Positions 46,204 through 58,633 of a DNA stretch of 64,000 nt are shown piece by piece. This DNA comes from Eledone cirrhosa (lineage: Eukaryota): NCBI GenBank assembly GCA_964016885.1, contig OZ024740.1:409758001-409822000 (forward strand), in the 5' to 3' direction. Positions within the stretch are counted from its first letter, which is position 1. Every line of letters starts with the position of its first letter. The notes under the pieces are model-generated. The model made no database searches, had not been told where the DNA came from, and worked only from the letters and a program-made list of their open reading frames with translations. Made by a program: the position numbers and the translations under genes.

Positions 46204-49200
46204 TAATCCATCCATTGGATATATGAATAGAATGGGACGAAATGGGACGAAATGCACCCAGAGCTAAATTATTTCACAGCGAAACAATTACGCCAACAAG
46301 CGACGTTTGTTGAACGTAAAAATAAGATAAATATTATTAATTGTAAGTCCCACACAACAAACATGGAATCAACAACACATGTTACAGATCGCCATGTTAC
46401 TAGACTTCCTAGCAGCCAGGTCGAACAGCGCCAGGTCGAAACAACTATGCCTGTAAGAAACTTGACACCACCTGTACCATCTAAGTCTACTTCGAATGCT
46501 GTGGAAAACACTATCGATAATAATAATAATCGAAGAAATAATAATAATAATCGAATAAATGTGACACCACGTATACCATCCGTGTCTACCTTTGACTGTT
46601 GTGGAAAATACTATCGATAATGATAATCAAATGTATAAACAATTGAAAATTTCCCTCAACGAAATCTTCCAGAGAGAAATTAACTCATGTATAAATATCT
46701 CTCTGGCTGAACGTGTTAAAATGACAATGGTGAATAAAAAACCAAATAATGAAATAATACGTGTTATTGACGAAATAGGGGATGAATATTTACGACGGAT
46801 AAAAACCCCAACATTTTGGCAAATCAACGCCTTAGCAATGACAGTGAAGCATTATCTTGGTGACAGCAGAGATATTAACAAGAACAAAACACTACCAAAA
46901 ATACCATCATATATAACTAAAATAGAAAAAAAGAGTGCTGACCAACGAAAAAACATAGGACATGTGACAATGCTCCTTACATGCAAACAAACACAAAAAA
47001 ACCTCACTCATCACCAACAAAGAGTGAAAAATAAAATAGAGACAATGTTTGGTAACAGTAGAACCAGAACTCTCCAATATAAGCTGATCACCCTCAAACA
47101 AGAATTGAGAGCTGTTAGCGAAAAACGCCGATACCTGAAGAAGGTAGATGAGAGAAAATGCTTAATAAAAGATTCAGACGAAACCAAACATCAGTCTATA
47201 GAGATATGAAGGGCAAAATAATAAGTGTCACTGAGGCCCCATCCCAGAAAGACATAGATTCCTTTTGGAGCAAAATATGGGGTGAAAAGAAGAATTTCAA
47301 CCAAGATGGTGTGGCTAAGAGAAATCCGAAAGAACTATTGCTCCTACACTACAACAAAAACATACGAAATAAGTGAGGGTACCCTTGAGATTGTGATAGG
47401 AAAACTCCAAGACAAGAAAACACCAGGAAGAGACATGATTGTCGGCTACTGGTACAAAAAACTAATATTCTATCGGAGGTATCTTACTGACCTCTACCAA
47501 CAAGTTCTTAAAGGAGATACATTTATACCAGAATGGTTGACATTAGCACAAATGTTACTGGTCCCCAAGAACAAAGACACCCACTTGGCAAAAAACTACC
47601 GACCCATTGCATGCCAGAACCTGATGTATAAGATGTATACAGCCTGCCTGAACCTATTCCTCCAAGATCACTGTGAAAATAATAACAGCATCACAGTTGA
47701 ACAAGCAGCTGGAAAGAAAAGGGTTTGGGGATGTGCTGAACAACTCCTAATCAACAAAACTGCGATGTCGGAGGTGCGACAACTTAGGAGGAATATGACT
47801 ACAGTCTTGCTTGTCTACAAGAAAGCTTTCGATTCTGTTCCCCACTCTTGGATGATAAAGGCCCTCCAACTTGCTAAAGTCCCAGACATTATTGTCAGAG
47901 CCATAGAGAGGCTGTCTTCTTCTTGGGCTACTATCCTAAGGTTAAAGACAGAGAGGGAGGACTCTATTTTCATTGATAAAATAAAATATTGCAGGGGTAT
48001 ATTTCAGGGGGACAGTCTCTCTGTGATATTGTTCATCTTGTCATTAAACCCCTTGTCCTTTCTGCTCAAGAAATGTGAAGGATACATCATTGGCTCACAG
48101 GAGGACAGAAATACGAATCTAACCCATAACTTCTTTGTGGACGATCTGAAACTCAGTGCCAAGAACATGGATGGGATGAAGAAACATCTTGACCTGGTTA
48201 CAACGTTCTCAAAGGATATAGGAATGGAGTTTGGCCAAGATAAATGCTCATACATGACTGTAAAGCGGGGAAAAACAACAACCCAATCTAGCAACATTGT
48301 CATCAATGGTCTAACTGTTTCACCGATATCTGATGAGGACTGCTACAGATACCTGGGGATAGATGAGAACATATCCTATAATGGTATCTGTAATAAAGAA
48401 CGCGTAACCAGGGAATACTACACCCGATTAAGAAAGATCTGGTCATCGGAACTCTCTGCGCAAAACAAAACAGTGGCTCACAATGTGTTTGCTGTGCCTG
48501 TCCTAACACCAACGTTTGGAATACTCAATTGGACGATAGACGAAATCCGATCAGTTGATGTTGGAACTCGAAAAATACTGAACAACACCGGAAACTTCCA
48601 CATCAACAGTGACATAGACCGCCTTTAATTAAAACGTAAGCAGGGAGGCAGAGGCCTAACATCAGTCCAGACAACATTTGAATGTCGCATCATATCTCTC
48701 CGACAACATCTACGAACCTCGAAGCGTAGGAGCCCACTTCTCGAGCAAGTCTATCTGCATGAAACAGATAAGATCATGAGAGTTGGGAAGGAACTCTTTG
48801 AGAGATATTCCCTGTGTGATAATCAAAAACTCACACCCAGGGATGTCGCTCAGCAGTATCGCAGTGAATCCATGGATGAAAAACTGCATGCCTATCAGCA
48901 AAAAATCATGCATCGATATGTTGCCAGGAAGCTCCAGAGTGAGAGTAATATAGATAAGGAAAGTAGTCTATCTTGGACCAACAACAGCTATATTGGCTCC
49001 CACTATGAAGGATACGCTTTTGCAATCCAAGAACAGGAGATTAGCACGAAATACCTGATTCACAAAAGAGATAGGGATGCAGGCAAAACACCTAGATGTG
49101 ATAACAAGTGCAGACTCTGCAGAACTAACATCGAGGATATCACCCATGTCATCAGCAGCTGCCCAAAGATGTCATCGCGGTACTATCTACCTATGAGGCA

Positions 49201-49933
49201 TGATGTAGTGGCCCAAACACTGTACAATGCAGTTCGTAAAAAAGATAGCCCCGATAATAAACACATTAAAAGCTACAACAATGTGGAAGACATCTATGTA
49301 CATAATATGAAAGAGTACTGGTGGAATGTTCCAGTAAAAACCCCAATAAAATGCAGGCATAACAGACCAGATATTATGATATGGGACAGGGAGAAGAAAA
49401 CATGCACAGTAGTGGAAATTAGCTGCCCAGCAGATGCCAATATAATATCAAAGATTAATGAAAAGGAGAATATTTATGCAGAACTGATGAGAAATCTGCA
49501 GATACTCCACCCTGATTACACCTTCAGATTTATGCCTGTGATTATTGGGGCACTGGGATATGTTAGTAACTGCCTTAATACAAATCTTGAGAAGCTAGGC
49601 TTCACAGGAACAGAAAGAACACAACTAGTTAGGAAACTACAAGTACAATCCATTAATGGAACAGTAAAATTATGTAAAACATTCCAAAAATTTTGCATCT
49701 AATAACTGCATATACACATGTACAAATACAAAGCATATACACATGCACACATACAACTCAAAATATACACATCCACACATACAATAACATCCATATCTAC
49801 ACATGCATGCATACATACATATCAACCTAGTTGATGTTGTGTAAATTCTAATGAGAGAGTCTTGTGTCTATGTTAGAAACCGACTCTCTCTCTATTGGTA
49901 AAACTTTGTGAAATTATAAAACCAGAAGAATAA
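46204..49933 (+). mobile_element. R4/Dong-like non-LTR retrotransposon (RT, CCHC, restriction-like endonuclease), defective
   Basis: GIFQGDSLS, FVDD, CRLC...H..SSC, RHD, NRPDIMIWD...EISCP; several frameshifts and stops; (CATA)n on both sides. Confidence 0.9.
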
Positions 49934-50003
49934 CATACATACATACATGCATGCATACATACATACATACATACATACATACATACATACATACATACAT
50001 ACA

Positions 50004-50035
<32 letters not shown>

Positions 50036-50036
<1 letters not shown>

Positions 50037-52155
50037 CTGAAACTCTATGCCAAGAACATGGATGGGATGAAGAAAAATCTTGACCTGGTTACAACATTCT
50101 CAAAGGATATAGGAATGGAGTTTGGCCAAGATAAATGCTCATACATGACTGTAAAGCGGGGGAAACAACAACCCAATTGAAGCTCCTCCATACACTCCGC
50201 AGCGCTCCGTGCTACACCCAGACATCTCTCCTCGCTGACCTCGATACTTGTATCCGAGCAGCAGCCGAGGAGATATGCAACGTCATGTTTGGCGACATAG
50301 GGTGGTAACAGGCCACTTTACCTGTCAGGTATGGCGGCCTTGGCCTCCGGTCCCCGATCTCACTAGCTTTACCGGCTTATCTTTCGTCGGTAACCTCGTG
50401 CCACGTCCTCGTCAGCAGGGTTCTTCAAAACACAACAGAACCCTCTGTGTTCAGAGAACGTGAGGCCGCCTGTGAGACGTGGGACCGGCTGGCACTTAGC
50501 CCATAGACGTCCCTCCTCCTTCTCCCCCTGTTGACGTCAAGTCCCCCCCCCAACGCACTTGGGATGCCATCCAGTGCAGCCTGGCCTCAGACAGGCTTAC
50601 GCGCCAGCTCGACCAGCACGGCCTTGCTTGTTTTCGGTGTCCTCCAAACCCCACAGTGGTGCCTGGCTCCATGCCCTGCCCTCCTTCTCTACTGGCACGC
50701 AGCTAGACGACCATAGCCTGCGCATAGGCGTTTCTTTGAGGCTCAGCCTCCGGATCTGCCAGCCACACCAATGTCGCTGCGGTTCCACACGGACTCTTTC
50801 GGCCTCCACCCGCTTTCCTGTCGCCACTGTGCTGGCCGCCTTTCACACCATGTTGCCCTCAACGAGGTCATAAAGCATGGCTTGGACGCTGCAGGCTTCC
50901 TTTCTCAGCTTGAGCCGGTGGGGCTGGATCGAGGGCACGGCAAAAGGCCAGATGGCATGACCATCTTCCCGTTCTGCGGTGGTAAACCCCTCGTCTGGGA
51001 TGCCACTTGCACCGACACTTTCTGCAGCCGCAACCTGGTGCAGTCTGCGACTGATCCAGGTTCTGCTGAACGTTGTGCTGAGGGAGCCAATGGATGTGAA
51101 TCCATGGATGAAAAACTGCATGCTTATCAGCAAAATATCATGCATGAATATGTTGCCAGGAAGCTCCAGAGTGAGAGTAATATAGATAAAGAAAGTAGTC
51201 TATTTTGGACCAACAACAGTTATTTTGGCTCCCACTTTGAAGGATAGGCTTTTGCAATCCAAGAACAGGAAATCAATACGAAATATCTGATTCACAAAAG
51301 AGATAGGGATGCAGGCAAAACATCTAGATGTGATAACAAGTGCAGACTCTGCAGAATTAACATCGAAGATGTCACCCATGTCATAAGCAGCTGTCCAAAG
51401 ATGTCATCGCGGTACTATCTACCTATGAGGCCTGATGTAGTGGCCAAAACACTGTACAATGCAATCCGTAGAAAAGATATCCCCGATAATAAATACATTA
51501 AAAGCTACAGCAATGTGGAAGACATCCACGTACATAATATGAAAGAGTACTGGTAAAAACCCCAATAAAATGCAGGCATAACAGACCAGATATTATGATA
51601 TGGGACAGGGAAAAGAAGGCATGCACAATAGTGGAAGTTAGCTGTCCAGCAGATGCCAATATATCAAAGATTAGCGAAAAGGAGAATATTTATGCAGAAC
51701 TGATGAGAAATCTGCAGATACTCCACCCTGATTATACCTTCAGATTTATGCCTGTGATTATTGTGGCACAGGGGTATGTTAGTAACTGCCTCAATACAAA
51801 TCTTGAGAAGTTGGGCTTCACAGGAACAGAAAGAACACAACTAGTTAGGAAATTATAAGTACAATCCAATAATGGAACAGTAAAAATAAGTAAAACATTC
51901 CGAAAATTTTGCATCTAATAACTGCATATACACATGTACAGATACTAAGCATATACACATGCACACATACAACTCAAAACATACACATCCACACATACAA
52001 TAACATCCATATCAACATATGCATGCATGCAGACATGCATACATATCTACCTAGCTGATGTTGTGTAAATTCCAATGAGAGAGTCTTGTGTCTATGCTAG
52101 AAACCGACTCTCTCTCTATTGGCAAAAACTTGTGAAATTATAAAACCAGGAGAAC
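50036..52155 (+). mobile_element. Second, 5'-truncated R4/Dong-like copy with a CRE segment in its middle
   Basis: 50036-50177 matches 48146-48287; 51096-52155 matches about 48865-49933; followed by a degenerate (CATA)n. Confidence 0.88.
50178..51090 (+). mobile_element. CRE-clade retrotransposon fragment (post-RT, CCHC, RLE)
   Basis: KLLHTLRSAP, SGAWLHALP, CRCG..H..SC, KRPDGMT...WDATCTDT. Confidence 0.8.
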
Positions 52156-52186
52156 ATACATATATACATACATACGTACATATGTA

Positions 52187-52327
<141 letters not shown>

Positions 52328-52339
52328 CTAAAAAAAAGT

Positions 52340-52620
52340 CTAAAGTCTGTCTTAAGCCAGAAGGCTCATTTGGCCGGTGCTTATCCCGGCTACATGGCGT
52401 GAAGCGACTGAGAGTACAAGACCCCCCCCCCTGGACAGGACGCCAGTCTATCACAGGGTTAAACCTCCAGCTATTGCTGGTACTCATTTTCAGCTGAGTA
52501 TACTGGAGCAACGTGAAATGAAGTGTTTTGCTCAAGAACAACACGCAACCCAGGAATCGAACCCACGACATTATGATCGTAAGTCCAACACTATTACCAC
52601 TAGGCCACGTGCCTCCACCG
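52340..52620 (-). mobile_element. tRNA-derived SINE
   Basis: Reverse strand reads GGCCTAGTGG (A box) and GGTTCGATTCC (B box), followed by TTGAGCAAAACACTTCA. Confidence 0.75.
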
Positions 52621-52639
52621 TATGTATATATATATAAAT

Positions 52640-52686
<47 letters not shown>

Positions 52687-52744
52687 CGTGTCTATGTGTG
52701 TGTGTGTGTATGTGTGTGTGTGTGTGTGTATTTTTGTGGAGTGA

Positions 52745-54152
52745 GAAACTCCTAGTCTTTATTGAGACATCTCTCTAGGAGGTCACTCTGATATAAAACC
52801 CGCAACTTCGTTTGCAACCAACTTTGTCACACACCAACATGTTGTTGTCTATAGTATATGATCTCCAAGCGTCGTAATATTCTGCGAGATCCCTTTTCAC
52901 CTGGTGGAGGTACCAAAACATGCTGTCGACACTTTGCAGCTTAATTCACCTGCACCGCAACACCTAATTGCCGCTGGATTCAAACAGTTCCGCATCTCGT
53001 TGCACACTCATCGTCCTATAGCATAACAACATCCATCTTGTTACTTTACCCGACTCACTCGGAAAACAACAAATAGAACTAGACCTGTCAGCATTTCCAC
53101 CATTTCTCCTATGGATTTGCCAGAATTATGGAATTACCGCTTCAACTACTACCCACCTACAGATTCAACTTGCTTTTTTTTCTTTTCAAAGCAACCAGCC
53201 ATTTTTTCATGGATGCCTAACACTTCCGGCAATTCTTCTGGGAGGCCGATATTTTCTCGCCTACCCATCATCTTCTTGCCAGCTTTAGTATAACATTAAC
53301 CATAACAGCTCTGGTAAAGCATGAACAACACCATCATTGACAACAGCTACTGGTAAACTACCATAACAGCTTCATCCACAGCTCTGGTACAACACTCACC
53401 ATAACAGCCAACATTTAATGCAAGAACAGCAACTTTTCCCATGTCAGACTTTATCCGTTTTTTGTTAGACCCTTGGTGGTCACGTATAAATAGCAAAACA
53501 GCTAGTCATTTGACACAGCGGCTCAACACGGCTCTTAGCACCTCATTTTTCTTCTTGCATGCATTCTTTGGTTCAATTTTGTTTTCATTGATGTGCTCTT
53601 TCAGCATTTTTTCCTGCTGATTCAATAATATTTATCGTCTTGCGACTAGGAAGGGGGTATTGTAGTGACCTACATTCCGCAGACTCATATACATTCTCCG
53701 TGCGTTATTTCGCTCAGCCCAGCCAATGACCGCCAGCGGAGGAGAATGTATTTCTATGCGACCTGCAGGAAAAGTTCCCGCGTCAGCTCAAAAAATCTCT
53801 GTCTTTCAGCTCGACCGCGCTAAGGTAAACAACTACTTTTCTTTCGCCGTGAAATCACTGGCCAATATGTAACACAACAATTTAACCACGGCCTGGCAAC
53901 ACTTCAGCCAGTAGACCGTGCCTTCTGAAATCTTAATTCGTTTGTTTCATTTGTCTTGGCATGCCAGCTCTACTCAGCTCTACTCAGCTCTACTCAGCTC
54001 AACCTTTGTTAATAAATAATGTAAAACAAGCTAAAGTCGTTGTCGATATTCCTATCATATCTTTCTACCAAACTGGTTACTCTTGGCGCTATAACTATTA
54101 CATTACTACTTCTATAACTCTGCTAAACTGGTAATTATAATAGGACTACTAC
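52745..54152 (+). mobile_element. Partial non-autonomous LTR element (internal region plus 3' LTR at 53662-54152), related to 58634-61336
   Basis: PPT AGGAAGGGGG, then TGTAGTGACCTACATTCCGC...ACTACA; 52825-53630 is homologous to 60015-60730. Confidence 0.72.
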
Positions 54153-55010
54153 ATCTATATAATTCTGCTAAGAGGGAGGAGTATTTAAGTATGAAATGCT
54201 CCTTTTAAAAAATACATGTACTTCAACCATTCTTCTTGTTAAATATGTATTGTCTATTCGAGTATAGGATCGATTAAGTTGTTGCTATGGTCTAATCTTG
54301 TCCAACGGATTGTCTGACCTCGATGTCTATATTTTTATGTTTAATGAGTCATATGCAGGTGTTGTGTGTTGACGATGCTGGTGATGTTTCTGTGGGCGAT
54401 CAGCTGGCCTTTGTAATCACTCTCGAACTGAGCGGTGAGTTTGTGACAGATCTACTACCATGGTGCCTACTTGGTGGTCTGATTTTCCCATGTAAGAAAC
54501 TGGTTATATAGAACACCCATCCGGCAAATTACTCACAAGGTGCTCTAATAAGGCAAATCTAAACCTATCCCATTCATGCCACGATTGGTCTACCACATTC
54601 CGAATGCTATGTGCCTTGCTTACGCTGCTTATTCAGTGTCTGCGGGTCATTGGCTATACACCTCGACGGCATGACTATGGCTATATCTTATAAAATCTTT
54701 TGTCCAGCAAGACTAGCAATATACTGGTGTTTTTCAGAATGTGATTGAGGTGGTACTCTGTATTTGAGCAAATGACTACTATTTATGTGAAAAGGTTAAT
54801 ATGGGCTAACTAGGGAGAAAGTGACAGGTAGGGAGAGAACGGCTCAATTAGGTTACATTACATACATATTTTGAAGCAAAGTTTTTCCAGTGTTTCCGAT
54901 TAAACAGAAATATATTCTATATTTAAGAGGAACATTGTGGCGTTTGTAACTTTCTTCATATTAGTTTGTTTTTTTTATTTAAAGAAAAAAATGCATGTCA
55001 TTCAGTGTGG

Positions 55011-55575
55011 TTAATCCGTATGGTGAGCAAATGGGATCCCACGTGCTGGCTTCCCCACAGCCCCGGCGGACAGGATGGAAAAGGCTTTTCCCCGGAGGAT
55101 GGTAAGGAAGATGCGCTGGAAGCGCCATTCCAACTCGCGAGGCTCACACCTGCGGCTGGCCAGCTCAGCGCCTATGGTGGTGAATAGGGAGGTAACCCTA
55201 GGGCCAATGACACCAGAAGTCTCCACTGCCAAGGGCACGACCGCGAACCTGTCGGAGAGCGACCGGTATTTGGAGAGTTTGGCCTCCTCAGCCCGACGTG
55301 CAGCAGTACCTGGGTTAGTCGCAGACTGCACCAGGTTGCGGTTGAAGAAAATGTCGGTGCAAGTGGCATCCCAGACGAGGGGTTTGACCCCGCAGAATGG
55401 GAAGATGGTCATGCCGTCTGGCCTTTTGCCGTCCCCTCGATCCAGCCCCACTGGCTCGAGCTGAGAGGGGAAGCCTGCAGCGTCTAAGCCATGCTTATGA
55501 CCTCGTTGATAGCAGCATGGCGTGGAAGGCAGCCGGCACTGTGGCGACAGGAAAGCGGGTGGAGGCCGAAGGAGT
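55011..55575 (-). mobile_element. CRE-clade 3' fragment (RLE domain)
   Basis: KRPDGMT..WDATC...AEEAKLSKY...PLAVETSGVIG...RG. Confidence 0.8.
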
Positions 55576-55998
55576 TACATACGTAAAGTGAAATGATTCA
55601 AGTTAGAATTGAAAACACATCGCTGTTTTAACATACTATTGGGAGTAGTTTATATTTTGCTTTTTAACGCCCACCAACATTCAGTACAATAAATGTTAGC
55701 TTCAATAAATTTTTTGAAGGAAACTAAGCAACCATAAATATTTGTACGCACCATCAGTTAAGTGTGAACACATAAGGAATAATTGGCAAGAATTAGAGCG
55801 AAAAGAAAAACAATGGAGAAAAAACATTATCAGGCAACACTACAATTCTATATATAATTTAAATCGACAAAGAGTAAAGAGTTCGATCTGACTGCACGAC
55901 ACTATAGGAAAGTATTTTCTATCAAGGTTGATCAAAACCTATGTCAGAGTTGGTAGATGGAAACTATGGAGAAGCAAATCAAATATGATGTGTGTGTT

Positions 55999-56029
<31 letters not shown>

Positions 56030-56256
56030 GGGGGGGGGGCGGAGTAACAGCAAGAGGGAGAGACGAGAGAGATTGTGGGAAAAAGAGAGAGAAGGAGATA
56101 GAAACATTGTATATCATGATATAAATAAAAGAATGGTGACTTGAAAGACTGAGCGACTCTTTGGGCAAGTGTCTTCTACTATAACCTACGTATGATCGAA
56201 AACTTATGTGTGAGAATTCGTAGACGGAATCCATGCAGAGGCATGGTTCTATTTAT

Positions 56257-56341
<85 letters not shown>

Positions 56342-56436
56342 TCTCTCTCTCTCCCTCTCTCTCTCTCTCTCTTTCTCTCTATTTAAATGCATACATATTT
56401 ACATATAAACACATGTATGCACAATTTCACACACAC

Positions 56437-56473
<37 letters not shown>

Positions 56474-56474
<1 letters not shown>

Positions 56475-57997
56475 GATATTAAACAAATGGAAACTATATT
56501 TATAAAACCATATTTATTTCGTTATATATATTTCTGGGATATCATATTAAAAATATGGTATGCCTTCCTCAGACAAAATACAATACATAAGCTGTTTTAT
56601 AAATAATTTTGACATACCTTATAATAATGCAACTTCCATTTAAAAAGTTGATTTGGTAGTGAAACTGTTATGACAGTTATATAGAAAGAAAAACGAAGAT
56701 GAAAAGAAGAAGATGAAGAGATGTATGTAAATAAAAAAGAAGAAGATGAAGAGATGTATGTAAAGAAAAACAACAGAGCGAGATAGAGAGAGAAGGAGAT
56801 ATGGGAGAGAGTAATACATTGAGGAAGTGAAAAAATATAGTAGGCAGCTTTTGGACAGATGATCATCGTATATGTGAGAGGTTAAGGAGGGAAGGGATAC
56901 AGTTAAACTAGCCGACACATAAATCACGTCCAGTGTAGAGGAGAAAAAGAAAAAAAGATGATATATTTAAAATATATTAAAAATATATTATTTCTCATCC
57001 ATTTGAATTATCAATTTTTATGAATTAGTATTCATGAATGAGACACATATCATTTTTAATTTTTAATATTGATATCTGTTGTCTATTCTATGCTTGATCG
57101 ATAATCATGCAAGTGAGGCAGGAATGTTACTTTAAATGTTAATGTATATCTTATATATTTTGTCTATATATATGTATATATGTATGTAGATATATGTAGG
57201 GTGGAATCTTTTGTAACGCAATGAAGATTTTCATGAAATATAAGAATCTGTGGAGCATATCACGTAAGTTCACATGTGTGTCTATATTTATCAACTTGAA
57301 TTTGAGATAACCTTCTCTTTTCTCTTTTTTCTTTTTTCATGAGAATGCATATATACTTATGTTTGAAGTTTTAGCTCAGATTTTGCTTATAGACCTAAGA
57401 ATTTTTAAACTAAGCATGGGGTCATTTTTTCACACATTATGGATATGTGTCTCATTCATGAATACTGATATTATAATACCTAATTCATAAAAATTGATAA
57501 TTCAAATGGATGAGACATAATATATTTTTAATATATTTTAAATATATCATCTTTCTTTCTTTTTCTCCTCTACACTGGACGTGATTTATGTGTTGGCTAA
57601 TTTAACTGTATCCCTTCCCTCCTTAACCTCTCACATATACAATGATCATCTGTCCAAAAGCTGCCTACTATATTTTTTCACTTCCTCAATGTATTTCTCT
57701 CTCCCATATCTCCTTCTCTCTCTATCTCGCTCTGTTGTTTTTCTTTACATACATCTCTTCATCTTCTTCTTTTCATATATAACTGTCATAACAGTTTCAC
57801 TACCAAATCAACTTTTTAAATGGAAGTTGCATTATTATAAGGATTATTATAAGGTATGTCAAAATTATTTATAAAACAGCTTATGTATTGTATTTTGTCT
57901 GAGGAAGGCATACCATATTTTTAATATGATATCCCAGAAATATATATAACGAAATAAATATGGTTTTATAAATATAGTTTCCATTTGTTTAATATCG
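56474..57997. repeat. Long foldback / inverted repeat with ~560-580-bp arms and a ~390-bp spacer
   Basis: 56474-57051 is the reverse complement of 57443-57997 with a few indels; TA on both sides. Confidence 0.9.
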
Positions 57998-58084
57998 TAA
58001 ACCTACTCCAGAAACTGTTGAGTGCTTTTATATCAGTTATAAAATATTTACTCGTTGTAACCCAACAATTTTAAATAAAACTTT

Positions 58085-58140
<56 letters not shown>

Positions 58141-58236
58141 AAATTTTTTTTTTTTTTAATTAAAAAACGAGATGTCCTACACGGGTGAAAGTATAAGGAA
58201 AAGAAATCGAAAATGCAACTGGAGACTCATTTCATT

Positions 58237-58273
<37 letters not shown>

Positions 58274-58337
58274 TATGTCCCAAGGCTCTGATACCATCAA
58301 CACCATAAACACAGAGCTGGCATATCTAAGAACTGAC

Positions 58338-58397
58338 TAACTGCCTGATGAGGTCATAGCCATTCAATGGCTATCATCGAAATATATATATATCAGT
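58338..58397 (+). ncRNA. Type I hammerhead ribozyme motif
   Basis: ACTG-C-CTGATGA, stem ATAGCCA/TGGCTAT, GAAA, palindromic (TA)n stem III, then CAGT. Confidence 0.6.
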
Positions 58398-58442
58398 AAA
58401 TAAAGGATTATGAGTTCATGCAATTGAGTTATGTTTCGTCAC

Positions 58443-58473
<31 letters not shown>

Positions 58474-58633
58474 GTGTGACTGAGTTTCCATTTATTACAT
58501 TTTATTGCATTATATATATTTCAATGACATAGTTATGCAATAGCAGTCCATATGACATCATCAGATGCTCATACGATTATGAGATATGCCGCCAGTAACG
58601 TATGACATGATGTGAACGTATATTTGAGATACT

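Noticed and set aside
52560-52620. tRNA gene
   Set aside because: A and B boxes are present but run into a SINE body without a full cloverleaf
54270-54780. Possible decayed RTE-type LINE 3' end on the minus strand
   Set aside because: Only a vague resemblance, with no motif I can cite confidently
57221-57270. ATG...C|GTAAGT as the first exon of EF-hand gene 2
   Set aside because: No similarity to calmodulin-like N-termini; lies in the foldback spacer; likely chance
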